A program made the position numbers and the translations under genes. From positions 4,256 through 68,255 of the forward strand of contig CAZUVH010000006.1 in NCBI GenBank assembly GCA_964623775.1: DNA of 64,000 nt, in the 5' to 3' direction. Source of the DNA: an uncultured Candidatus Saccharibacteria bacterium. GTDB lineage: Bacteria > Patescibacteriota > Minisyncoccia > Phycocordibacterales > UBA2100. The notes under the pieces are model-generated. The model had not been told where the DNA came from, did no database searches, and saw nothing but the letters and a program-made list of their open reading frames with translations. Every line of letters begins with the position of its first letter. Positions within the stretch are counted from its first letter, which is position 1. Shown one piece after another: positions 50,501-59,573 of the stretch.

Positions 50501-51121
50501 ATGAGTGAACAACAGATCGCCAAGCTCGCTGGTAAGATTGTCGAGCATCAAACGTTCCTCAGCGCACTCTCAACCGATGACGCCCAGTGGGCGATCATGA
50601 ACCCGAAGGACGCGATTGCGATCTTCTGCGAAGCGGTGAAGAGCCGTACCGAGAAGGTCGTCGAGAAACTCCTCGAATCCGTCGCCTCGTTCAAGGTGCC
50701 GGGCGCCAAGGAGTTCATCGCCAAGAAGCGCTTCGTCGTCGATACCTCCGAGAATGCGCGCGTGCGCATTTCGTGGCTCGGTGGCAACTTCAAGACGAAC
50801 TTCCTCGGGAAGACCGAGACCAATGTCGTCGAATGCGAGCTCAAACTCAAGAAGCTTCGTAAAGCTTCGCTCGATGCTTCCATCATCGTGGAGCAGGGTG
50901 GCGAGGAGAAGGCCGAGATCAGCTTGTGCGAGTACTACGAGACCCTTGCACATAAGCAGGCGACTCGGGACTTCTCGTGGCTTGTCGCGTACATCCGCGA
51001 CGTGAACGGCATCCTCTGGGCAGTCAGTGCCCGCTGGGGCGGTGGCGGCTGGCGCGTCGAGGCCTACTCCGTCGACTACCCGCGCGGCTGGGATGCTGGC
51101 TGCGAGTTCGTCTCTCGCTGA
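50501..51121 (+). CDS. DGR target protein (the variable repeat occupies its last 106 nt)
   Basis: The 3' end 51014..51119 is the VR of the downstream TR. The C-terminus WAVSARWGGGGWRVEAYSVDYPRGWDAGCEFVSR maps onto TR AAC (Asn) codons. Confidence 0.7.
   Translation: MSEQQIAKLAGKIVEHQTFLSALSTDDAQWAIMNPKDAIAIFCEAVKSRTEKVVEKLLESVASFKVPGAKEFIAKKRFVVDTSENARVRISWLGGNFKTNFLGKTETNVVECELKLKKLRKASLDASIIVEQGGEEKAEISLCEYYETLAHKQATRDFSWLVAYIRDVNGILWAVSARWGGGGWRVEAYSVDYPRGWDAGCEFVSR
51014..51119 (+). repeat. DGR variable repeat (VR)
   Basis: 106 nt with 89 identities to the TR; all 17 mismatches fall at TR adenines. Confidence 0.8.
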
Positions 51122-51437
51122 TCCTGTAGTCCTCTGCGTTTGCACCTTTGACCCTCTGAGTCTTTGTCACTTTGACAAAATTTGGAGGGTCTTTTTTCAT
51201 ATACAATGAGACACGAGGAACGCTCTGGCGCGACGGCCATGGCTTTCGCGCAGCGCCTCGGATATTCGTGAGCGAGAATTGCGAGCGGCATGCCGTGCGC
51301 GAGTGTGTTTGCGGAAATTCTACAAAAAAAGAAATAGGATCGGTGCGTTGCACTGGCGGACTTTGAAGTCCCACATTCGATACAGCGGCTTAGAGTATTC
51401 GAACTGCAGTGATATGGGTGGTGCGGCGCACAAATGG

Positions 51438-51543
51438 CTCTGGGCAGTCAATGCCAACTGGAACGATGACGGCTGGAACGTCGAGGCCAACTCCGTCGAC
51501 AACCCGAACAGCTGGAATGCTGGCAACGAGTTCGTCTCTCGCT
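51438..51543 (+). repeat. DGR template repeat (TR), non-coding
   Basis: Same 106-nt register as the VR, with AAC at every diversified codon; located between the target gene and the Avd-like/RT genes. Confidence 0.8.
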
Positions 51544-51560
51544 ACCCCTTCTTTCCCCGC

Positions 51561-51917
51561 TCAACCCTCTTTGTTGAGTGGGGTTTTCGTTAAGATTCCT
51601 TTGCGCCAACCGCCGATCATTCGACCCGTTTCTTCAATGAGTGCTCCAAGTTCTTCAAAGTGTTTATTTGCTATCAACTTTGCCTCCCATGCGATGTGGA
51701 CGAAAAAGCGCAGAGAATCGGTGATGCCGACTGCTCTTGTCAGCAGGGGAAGTTTCTCATGCGTGCCCGCGTATGTTGCCACACGTAGCGTTTCGAGAAG
51801 ATCAAGAAATAGTAGGTCTATTTTTGATCCGATTCCGAACCGCTCGTCACGCGATATGTTACGGCGGATGGGCAGCCACGTGCGGTATAGTTTCTTCACA
51901 TGTTCAACGACAGGCAA
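51561..51917 (-). CDS. Four-helix-bundle protein (23S rRNA IVS / Avd-like DGR accessory protein)
   Basis: 118 aa, start codon TTG or GTG; the helical pattern LLFLDLLETLRVATYA..LTRAVGITDSLRFFVHIAWEAKLI..FEELGALIEETGRMIGGW is typical of the four-helix-bundle family that includes DGR Avd. The family assignment is recalled from memory, not searched. Confidence 0.65.
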   Translation of the reverse strand: MPVVEHVKKLYRTWLPIRRNISRDERFGIGSKIDLLFLDLLETLRVATYAGTHEKLPLLTRAVGITDSLRFFVHIAWEAKLIANKHFEELGALIEETGRMIGGWRKGILTKTPLNKEG

Positions 51918-52966
51918 GACTCGGTTGGGGGGGGGGTCGTACGGGACGGGTTCAGTTCACTCATAGCTACGAGGATATCATTTCGATAGAAAATTTCCTT
52001 GCGGCGTGGAAAGAGTTCGTAAAGGGTAAACGTAAGAAGAAAGATGTGCAGGAATTCCAATACCGTCTGATGAACAATGTTCTCGCACTCCATCGGGATC
52101 TCGCGACGAAGATGTACAAGCACGGCGAATATCAGCACTTTAAGATCAACGATCCAAAGCCCCGTGATATTAACAAGGCGACCGTCCGTGACCGTCTGCT
52201 TCACCATGCGATATACCGAAAACTCTACCCATTCTTCGATCGAACGTTCATTGCCGACTCGTACTCGTGTCGGAAAGGGAAGGGGACGCACCGTGCTATG
52301 AACCGGTTTCGAGATTTCGCATACAGGGTGTCAAAAAATCACACACGCACGTGCTGGGTACTCAAGTGCGATATTCGCAAATTCTTCGCCTCAATCGACC
52401 AAAAGATTCTTCTCGATATCGTCGCGGACTATGTACCTGATAAGAATATCCTCGGACTCATTGCCGAAGTCGTCGGCAGTTTCAATTGCCCCCAATTGTT
52501 CACGGCCGTTGATAATAGGGGGAAATCAAAGAAAGGACTTCCGCTCGGTAATCTCACATCGCAACTCCTCGTGAATATCTACATGAATGAGTTCGATCAG
52601 TTCGTAAAGCATAAACTGAAAGTAAAGTATTACATCCGCTACGCCGACGATTTCGTAGTTCTCTCCCATGATAGGGCACAGCTGGTAGAAATGGAGCGAT
52701 ATATCGCTCCATTTCTGAAGGAACGGTTGTTACTCGAATTACATCCGAACAAAGTATTTATCAAGACGCTTGCATCCGGAGTGGATTTTCTGGGGTGGGT
52801 GCACTTTCCCGATCATCGAGTGTTACGGACAGTGACGAAGCGGCGGATGGCACGCCGCACAGCGGGACTCGCAGAGGAGAGTCCGATTGTCCAGTCATAC
52901 CTCGGCCTCACGTCGTACGGGAATACTGAGAAAGTGCGTCATGAAGTGAGAAAGAATCTTATTTGA
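51900..52966 (+). CDS. DGR reverse transcriptase (5' end split across two frames at a G10 tract)
   Basis: RT motifs including LPLGNLTSQLLVNIYMN (DGR-type IGxxxSQ motif 4) and YIRYADDFVV (YxDD). The conserved N-terminal region SYEDIISIENFLAAWKEF lies in frame 2, while the only upstream ATG (51900) is in frame 0, separated by G10 at 51927..51936. Confidence 0.85.
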
Positions 52967-52978
52967 TATAATTCCGGC

Positions 52979-53374
52979 ATGACTCAAAAATCTATGCCCG
53001 AGAACGAAGAAGGATATAAAGAAATGCTTACGCCCGAGGAGTACGCGGTGTTGCGCCAGAAGGGGACGGAGGCGCCTTTTACTGGCGAATACGTGCATGA
53101 AAAAGCCGACGGCACGTATGAATGCAGGGCGTGTGGCAATCCACTTTTCTCATCTGATGCAAAATTCGACTCAGGGACTGGCTGGCCGTCTTTCGATCAG
53201 GCTCTACCGGACGCGATCGAGACTCACAATGACAATTCCCACGGAATGCAGCGCACCGAGATCACGTGCGCGCGCTGCGGCTCGCACCTCGGCCACGTAT
53301 TTGATGACGGTCCTACAAAAACTGGTAAAAGATATTGTATAAATTCCGTGTGCTTAGATCTGGAGCAGAAATAA
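52979..53374 (+). CDS. msrB: Peptide methionine sulfoxide reductase MsrB
   Basis: CxxC..CxxC zinc site and catalytic RYCINSV; GTGWPSF motif. Confidence 0.9.
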   Translation: MTQKSMPENEEGYKEMLTPEEYAVLRQKGTEAPFTGEYVHEKADGTYECRACGNPLFSSDAKFDSGTGWPSFDQALPDAIETHNDNSHGMQRTEITCARCGSHLGHVFDDGPTKTGKRYCINSVCLDLEQK

Positions 53375-53401
53375 AAAATTACCCACGCAGTGCGTGGGCA
53401 A

Positions 53402-53830
53402 TTAGTTTTCAAGGTCCGGGAGGATCAGGCAGTAGACGGTTTGTACTTTTTGCCCCCAGAAACCAGTTTTTCTGGCACAAACATGGGCGAGGGAATCCAG
53501 CTTTTTGATCTTCTTGATTTTTGTGGACGGGACAAGTATCCATTCGCGATCAATGTACGCGTACACATCGTCGTTGATCCACTTGACCTTCGTGGGGCGA
53601 CAGTCATCGTTGCAGCACGAACTACTGGGCATATCGGGGCGCATGATGGGGCCGCCGTTCTCGCCGGTCTGATACCACTGATGGTAGTCGGTATGGCGAC
53701 AACCGAAATCGCCAATCTCGCAAGGCTGAACCGGTGTTTCTTGCGCCTGTTTCCCGTTGAGATTTTGCGATGACGCAAAGATCGTCGAACTGAGAACGAT
53801 CAAAATACTGGTGAAAAGACTTTTCAACAT
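53402..53830 (-). CDS. Secreted cysteine-containing hypothetical protein
   Basis: Signal peptide MLKSLFTSILIVLSSTIFASS; ten cysteines. Confidence 0.4.
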   Translation of the reverse strand: MLKSLFTSILIVLSSTIFASSQNLNGKQAQETPVQPCEIGDFGCRHTDYHQWYQTGENGGPIMRPDMPSSSCCNDDCRPTKVKWINDDVYAYIDREWILVPSTKIKKIKKLDSLAHVCARKTGFWGQKVQTVYCLILPDLEN

Positions 53831-53930
53831 CACACACGTCCTTCTTTTCGAATTGAATTGTTCTTATTCGAGCGTACCGTTATCGAAACTGCCGTGCAAG
53901 CAGTTTGAATATTGCGGTGGGGATTGAGCG

Positions 53931-55574
53931 CTACTTGAGAAGCTCCTGAAAGATTGCAAAAACCGACGCGGTAAACATAGAGAGTGGTGTCATAGATGTT
54001 GGGCCGCTTTGTTGTGCGTCCGTATCCGGTCTCTGCGTAGGATCCATCATTCCATTACCGGGCCTTTGCGCGGGTATATTCATCGGAGGTCTTACCCCCT
54101 CAGGTCTCATGCCTTGGGGCATGTCAGGACGTGTTCCCGGTTGTCCAAAATTCCTTTCGTATTCACCGGCCGGTGCACCCTGGCGCAAAGGCATCGCACC
54201 TTGCGGTCTTTGCGGCATATTTTCTGAGGGCTCGACCATAACGCGAGGTCTCATATCGTCACTTTGTGATTGGTCGAAGTTTCCTTGCGGCCTCCTCTGC
54301 GGCGGAATTTCAGAACCTTCTTCCCTCATGCCCTGCGGGTAGGGACGCTGGGGCATTCCTTGGATTTGCTGAGCATCTATCATTTCAGGTCGTTGCCCGA
54401 TTTCGCGACACTGATCGGGATTTTCTTTGCAGAATGCCTCACATTCTTCCCGATTCTTGCATCCGCCAGGACCCTGCATCATGCCGGGCACGCCTTGTGG
54501 CGGACCCATTCGCATATCCGAACCGCCTTCAAATTGTCCACGCCCTTCTCTTTGCATGAATCCATTTTGCATTGCAAACTGGCGGCACTCTTCTGCGTGC
54601 GCACTGTCTTCGCAATATGTTTTGCACTCCTCGCCCTTGCATCCGCCAGGACCCGTCATTTGCATAAATGTGCGTGCTCTCTGCGCGTCTTCAGATTTCA
54701 TAAAGCCGTTCTTCTCGGCGAATGCGACACACTCTTCTGTATGTGATTCATCGGCGCAGTAGGTACGGCACTCCTCACTTTTGCATCCGCCCGGTCCGGG
54801 CTTTCCGGCAAATTTTTGTGCACGCTCAGCCTCGTCTTTAGTCATGAGGCCATTCTCCTTTGCAAAAGTTATGCATTCTTCCGCATGAGTGCTGTCGGTG
54901 CAGTATGTTTTGCATGAATCAACATCGGTGCATCCACCGGGACCGGTTTTTGTCGAAAGGATATCGTTGATCTTCCCGCGCAGCTGTGCCGGTGGGCCAT
55001 CCGGTCGTTCTATGTCAGACATCTCGCGCCCATCGCGTGGCGCCCTTAGTCCGTGTTCTTCTGCAAATTTCTTGCACTCCTCAAAATTCGCTTCTTGCGA
55101 GCAGTACGTGCGGCACTCCTGTTCGCTCTTGCAGCCGCCAGGGCCCCCCTTACTTTCGAGTGTCTCTGCGATTTTCTGCTCCCTCTCATCCAGGAGTCCG
55201 TTTTTCTTTGCAAAGTCGAAACACTCCTGCCTGTTGGCTTCCACTTCGCAGTACGCACGGCATTCGGTCGCACTGGTGCAGCCACCGGGGCCTTTACTTT
55301 TTATGCTCATGAATTTTCGTGCTCTTTGCGCCTCGTCTTTTTTCATGAGTCCATGCGTTTCCGCGTAGGCGAGACAGGCATCTTGGTGCGACGCATCAGC
55401 GCAGTACGCACGACACGATTCTTTGGACTCGCAGTTGCCGAGTTCTGGGATAGGGAAGGTGACCTGCGGCTGAGGAGGAGCGGATTCGTCAGCGCTGGTT
55501 ACTTCCTGCGCGAATACGACGCCCGCAGTCATGAAAACCGCAGTTGCGAGCGACGCGGTCAATAATTTCTTCAT
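53931..55574 (-). CDS. Secreted protein with six to seven tandem cysteine-rich repeats (GPGGCxSxxECRxYC..EEC..FA..NG) and a Pro/Gln/Met-rich C-terminal tail
   Basis: Signal peptide; repeats of about 45 aa, each with 4 Cys and a conserved His; low-complexity tail ending in a hydrophobic segment. Confidence 0.5.
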   Translation of the reverse strand: MKKLLTASLATAVFMTAGVVFAQEVTSADESAPPQPQVTFPIPELGNCESKESCRAYCADASHQDACLAYAETHGLMKKDEAQRARKFMSIKSKGPGGCTSATECRAYCEVEANRQECFDFAKKNGLLDEREQKIAETLESKGGPGGCKSEQECRTYCSQEANFEECKKFAEEHGLRAPRDGREMSDIERPDGPPAQLRGKINDILSTKTGPGGCTDVDSCKTYCTDSTHAEECITFAKENGLMTKDEAERAQKFAGKPGPGGCKSEECRTYCADESHTEECVAFAEKNGFMKSEDAQRARTFMQMTGPGGCKGEECKTYCEDSAHAEECRQFAMQNGFMQREGRGQFEGGSDMRMGPPQGVPGMMQGPGGCKNREECEAFCKENPDQCREIGQRPEMIDAQQIQGMPQRPYPQGMREEGSEIPPQRRPQGNFDQSQSDDMRPRVMVEPSENMPQRPQGAMPLRQGAPAGEYERNFGQPGTRPDMPQGMRPEGVRPPMNIPAQRPGNGMMDPTQRPDTDAQQSGPTSMTPLSMFTASVFAIFQELLK

Positions 55575-55577
55575 ACG

Positions 55578-55826
55578 TTACTCAAAAGGATTAACCTTTA
55601 CATCCTCATAGGGATTGGTCTTGATATCCTCGAGCGGATTCGCCTGAGCCTCTGCCTTCGGAGCTGGCATTTGCAGCTGGACAGTCGCGCGCTCGGCCGC
55701 AATACCTTGGGCTTGTCCGAGGAGCCATCCTGCGTAGTACCCGCCTCCGCCTCCAATAATGAGGCCAAGAATAATCCCTATAAAAAGTTTCTCATTGTGG
55801 GGTGTATCTAATTTTTGCGGGTCCAT
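55578..55826 (-). CDS. Small membrane protein (82 aa)
   Basis: Single TM FIGIILGLIIGGGGGYYAGWLL; ORF only. Confidence 0.35.
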   Translation of the reverse strand: MDPQKLDTPHNEKLFIGIILGLIIGGGGGYYAGWLLGQAQGIAAERATVQLQMPAPKAEAQANPLEDIKTNPYEDVKVNPFE

Positions 55827-55963
55827 AGAATGATATTAGTGCCCTTAATAAATAGAAAAGCGTTACATTCATTATATAGGCGGATATGCAGTGAGGTTTT
55901 GCATGTGTTGATATCATTTCGATTTCGTCGCCGAGTTGAGCCATTGTGATATAGTCGCCTCAC

Positions 55964-56224
55964 ATGGAACGCGGACGAGTCAGTGATGATGTGGTAAAGA
56001 AGGCGACGGGGAAAACCTGGGACGAATGGTTTATGCTTTTGAATAAGGCTGGCGTAAAGCAAATGGACCATTCTGAAATCGCTCATTTTTTGAGCACGAG
56101 ATACATCAGCAATGGCTGGTGGGCGCAGATGGTGACTGTTGAGTACGAACGCATGCTCGCGAAACGGAAGTCCGGCAGAGCGTCAAAAGTGTCGATTTCC
56201 GAGCTTCTCGAAAGAAAGTCCTGA
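55964..56224 (+). CDS. DUF4287-family protein
   Basis: GKTWDEWFMLLNKAG..HSEIAHFL..WWAQMVTVEYE matches the DUF4287 pattern from memory. Confidence 0.5.
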   Translation: MERGRVSDDVVKKATGKTWDEWFMLLNKAGVKQMDHSEIAHFLSTRYISNGWWAQMVTVEYERMLAKRKSGRASKVSISELLERKS

Positions 56225-56252
56225 TAATTCAGACAAAGAGTACAATACTGGT

Positions 56253-57191
56253 ATGCGTGTCACGGTAAACATGCTTCTGTTGATACTTATCGGTGGTGCC
56301 GCTTTTGTATATCGAGACGAGGTACGCGTGGCGGCGACGCAGATCTATGCCCGAGCATTGCCGTGCTCATCTCCCATCACTTTTCGCATAGGTACCGTTG
56401 ACGAGGAGTTTAATCTGTCTCGATCACAGTATCTTGCAACAATAGAGGCTGCAGCAGCCATCTGGGAGAAAGGCTCGAAGAGAGATCTTTTTGCACACGA
56501 TCCAGACAAGGGCAGTGTCGTGATCAACCTCGTCTACGATTACCGCCAGCAGGCGATCGACAGATTGAAAAAAATTGGCCTTACGATCGACGACACGCAA
56601 TCGTCGTACGACAGTCTCAAAGTGAAATACGATGCGATGAGGGCCTCGTATGATCAGAAAAAGGCGACACTCGAAGCTCACATCGCTGATTTTAAACGCG
56701 CGCAGGATGCATACAACGCAGAAGTCCAATCCTGGAATGCACGCGGAGGAGCTCCGCCAAAAGTGTACGACGAATTGCAGCGCACGAAGGAGGTGCTGAA
56801 CGCGCAGCGTGAGCAAATCGAAGTGGAGCAGCGCGCGTTTAATGCAGATGTGGATACGATCAATGCGCTCGCGACGTCGCTCAATCGGCTCGTCGGCGTA
56901 CTGCATTTGCAGGCGGCAAAATACAACGCGATCGGAGAGGAGACTGGCGGTGAATTCGAAGAGGGTGTCTATGAAAGCAGGCTTGGTGTGCAGAAAATAG
57001 ACATCTTTGAATTTGGCAATCGGGACGAACTTACCCGCGTGCTCGCGCATGAGCTCGGCCACGCGCTCGGCCTCGATCACGTGGAGGACAAAGACGCCAT
57101 CATGTATCGGCTCAATCAAAGCTCGAATGATCGCATGAGGCCTGCCGATTTGGATGAGCTCGAACGCGTCTGCGGCACACGTTCCTCGTGA
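56253..57191 (+). CDS. Matrixin-like (metzincin, M10) zinc metalloprotease with a coiled-coil middle region
   Basis: Start at ATG 56253 (MRVTVNML); VLAHELGHALGLDHVEDKDAIMY gives HExxHxxGxxH plus a Met-turn. Confidence 0.65.
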   Translation: MRVTVNMLLLILIGGAAFVYRDEVRVAATQIYARALPCSSPITFRIGTVDEEFNLSRSQYLATIEAAAAIWEKGSKRDLFAHDPDKGSVVINLVYDYRQQAIDRLKKIGLTIDDTQSSYDSLKVKYDAMRASYDQKKATLEAHIADFKRAQDAYNAEVQSWNARGGAPPKVYDELQRTKEVLNAQREQIEVEQRAFNADVDTINALATSLNRLVGVLHLQAAKYNAIGEETGGEFEEGVYESRLGVQKIDIFEFGNRDELTRVLAHELGHALGLDHVEDKDAIMYRLNQSSNDRMRPADLDELERVCGTRSS

Positions 57192-57425
57192 CAGTATTCA
57201 GGAGATTTTCACTCGATTCACGGTACAAGGGTACGGTGGTCGAGCACCTTATTGGCCCACAATACACATATATGAACGAAGAAAACAAAGATCAGGAGCA
57301 GAGAGCTAAGGAGAGAAATTGGGAAAAGGATTGGGATGAGGAAAAATCGTCCACTGCGGAAAAAAAGAGTGAAGATGATGTCAGTGAGAAAGACTGATTA
57401 AGCCCGTCGCACTCATTCATTCAAA

Positions 57426-57456
57426 TTACCTCCGCTGCAAGGCGGAGGTAATTTTT
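57426..57456 (+). terminator. Rho-independent terminator
   Basis: TTACCTCCGC-TGCAA-GGCGGAGGTAA followed by TTTTT. Confidence 0.5.
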
Positions 57457-57553
57457 GTCACTGTCCCGCTGGTTCACCCTTGTTTCACTCCGACATTGCT
57501 TGAATGGTTATGGTCGAACAAATTACCACCTTAGATTCTGTAGCCTACACATT

Positions 57554-57820
57554 ATGACTTCAAAAAAGAAAATCATAGGCACGATGGCGCTCGCGCTTAT
57601 GGTATCGGCTGGGGTCGCCGGAGCGCAGACTACCACCGACACTGTGACAACGGATACTGCAGGCGGTGCAGTGAGTACTACAACCACGGGATTACCGGGC
57701 ACGCCAAATACGGGAGTGGGCGGTGATGCCGCAGAGAACATGCTCTTGCTGGGATCCTCTGCGCTCGCTGCAATAGCCGGTGCCGCGTACTTGCTCTCGC
57801 GTAGATCGCCTGTTCGATAA
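57554..57820 (+). CDS. Small secreted Thr-rich protein with a C-terminal sortase-type sorting signal (non-canonical motif)
   Basis: Start at ATG 57554; signal peptide; C-terminus TGLPGTPNTG-VGGDAAENMLLLGSSALAAIAGAAYLL-SRRS follows the motif / hydrophobic / basic-tail layout. Confidence 0.5.
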   Translation: MTSKKKIIGTMALALMVSAGVAGAQTTTDTVTTDTAGGAVSTTTTGLPGTPNTGVGGDAAENMLLLGSSALAAIAGAAYLLSRRSPVR

Positions 57821-57890
57821 GGTGAAATAAAGCAGTCCTCCCTCGACTTGTCCCGAACCCGTCGAAGGGGACTGCTTTTTCGCATGATGT

Positions 57891-58487
57891 ATGAGATACG
57901 GCCTTACCTTTTTTATTTTCATAATCACCGCCATGGCTATTGCGGTATTCAGCTGGACGGCAGTGCATGCGCTCTGGTATGCCCCCGATGTCGATGCAAA
58001 GGTGCCGGAGCAAAGATCGCGAACCACAGCATCTCAAGGTGATGCTCCCGTACGACTTATCATCCCTGCGCTCGCGATTGATGCGCATGTTCAGGAGGTG
58101 GGTATCAATGGAAAGGGTAATATGGCCGTTCCAAGCAATTACACTGATGTCGCGTGGTACAAGTACGGGCCCACCCCGGGAGAGATCGGGAGCGCTGTCA
58201 TCGGTGGCCACGTCGACAACGCACTTGGGCTAGCCGGCGTCTTCAAGCGCTTGGAAGGTATACAGATTGGAGATGATATATACATTGATACAAAAAGTGG
58301 GAAGCGTCTCCACTTTATCGTTCGCAACGTGGAATCATACCACTATACGCAAGTACCTACAGAGCTTCTTTTCAATCTTGACGACACTGCTCGCCTCAAT
58401 CTCGTTACATGCGGGGGCTCATGGGTGAAAGAGGATGAGACGTACAGTCAGCGACTCGTCGTGTACACAGAGCTCAAAGCGTCCTAG
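57891..58487 (+). CDS. Sortase family transpeptidase
   Basis: N-terminal TM anchor; IGGHVDN (catalytic His) and LNLVTCGG (TLxTC active-site Cys); catalytic Arg candidate in YSQRL. Confidence 0.7.
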   Translation: MRYGLTFFIFIITAMAIAVFSWTAVHALWYAPDVDAKVPEQRSRTTASQGDAPVRLIIPALAIDAHVQEVGINGKGNMAVPSNYTDVAWYKYGPTPGEIGSAVIGGHVDNALGLAGVFKRLEGIQIGDDIYIDTKSGKRLHFIVRNVESYHYTQVPTELLFNLDDTARLNLVTCGGSWVKEDETYSQRLVVYTELKAS

Positions 58488-58493
58488 TATGAA

Positions 58494-59558
58494 ATGATGC
58501 AGGCGCGATTGCGAGCGATACGTGAAAGAGCAAGCCGTGCACTTGAGCAGAAAGTGTTTCCCGGCTGCGTGATTGGCATCGTGTATACGGGTGGTGAGCG
58601 CTTCATCATGCCATTCGGCACTCTCACCTTCGAGAATGATGCGGGTCGTGTGCGGGAAGACACCATATACGATCTTGCATCTGTTACGAAATCGATACCC
58701 ACCACATCGCTCGCTCTGCACTATCTGGAGAGTGGGCAACTCAAGCTCACCGACAAACTCATCAAATATGTGCCCGAGTTTAAAAATTCGGATCGCAGTG
58801 CGGTGAAGATCAAACACCTGCTCACATACACACTCGGCGGCTATCCGCTTTCGCAGTACAAAGACAAAACACCCCAAGAACTCTACGAAATACTCATGAC
58901 GCGCGATTTCGACGTGCGGCCGGGTACTGGCTTCAGTTATTCCAACCTTCCCGCATTTCTGCTCGGCCTTGTGGTCGAGCGGGTCGGCGGTCGTACGCTT
59001 GATAAGCTAGCGTACGAATTATTTTTCAATCCACTGCACATGATACACACATCTTTTTTCCCGCAGTACTTTTTGAGCGATGATATTGCACCCACGGAAG
59101 TCGACGATGAGCGCGGGGAAGTGCGGGGTATGGTGCACGACGAGAGTGCGTATGTATTTACGGTAAAAGGAGGAAAGGCTGTCGGACACGCGGGACTTTT
59201 TTCGACCGCACCGGATCTTCTCAATTTTTTGGAAATGCTTTTGCACGAAGGCGATTTTCGCGGGCATCAATATTTTCTGCCGGACACGATTGACCAGATG
59301 TCGAGCAATCAGATACCGGAACTCAACGCTTCCACGGGACTCGGATGGCAAACAGGTGAGTGGGGCAGGCATTCAGGTCTGCACACGTTCGGAAAGACCG
59401 GTTTTACCGGTACCTGCGTAGTCTGTGACGTGGAAAAAGGCGCTGCATTCACCATCCTCTCCAATCGCACCTACCCGAAACGCCCGCTCAACAATGAAGC
59501 GATCAAAGCATTCCGCGACGACATCGCGGATATCGTACTCAGTGACCCTGCTTCGTGA
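58494..59558 (+). CDS. Serine hydrolase, beta-lactamase / PBP4*-like family
   Basis: SxxK motif ASVTKS, a Y-x-N motif YSN, and HAGL near the C-terminus. Confidence 0.7.
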   Translation: MMQARLRAIRERASRALEQKVFPGCVIGIVYTGGERFIMPFGTLTFENDAGRVREDTIYDLASVTKSIPTTSLALHYLESGQLKLTDKLIKYVPEFKNSDRSAVKIKHLLTYTLGGYPLSQYKDKTPQELYEILMTRDFDVRPGTGFSYSNLPAFLLGLVVERVGGRTLDKLAYELFFNPLHMIHTSFFPQYFLSDDIAPTEVDDERGEVRGMVHDESAYVFTVKGGKAVGHAGLFSTAPDLLNFLEMLLHEGDFRGHQYFLPDTIDQMSSNQIPELNASTGLGWQTGEWGRHSGLHTFGKTGFTGTCVVCDVEKGAAFTILSNRTYPKRPLNNEAIKAFRDDIADIVLSDPAS

Positions 59559-59573
59559 GTTACACTTAATGCT

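Noticed and set aside
51409-51966. 185-aa ORF covering the template repeat and the 5' side of the Avd/RT overlap
   Set aside because: It reads through the non-coding TR (a near-copy of a coding VR in another frame context) and the divergent gene starts; the translation is Thr/Ser/Arg low-complexity.
57188-57397. 69-aa ORF (Lys/Glu/Asp-rich C-terminus) after the metzincin gene
   Set aside because: Highly charged low-complexity translation overlapping the stop of the upstream gene; the internal Met start (57272) gives only 41 aa. A real small protein is possible but unsupported.
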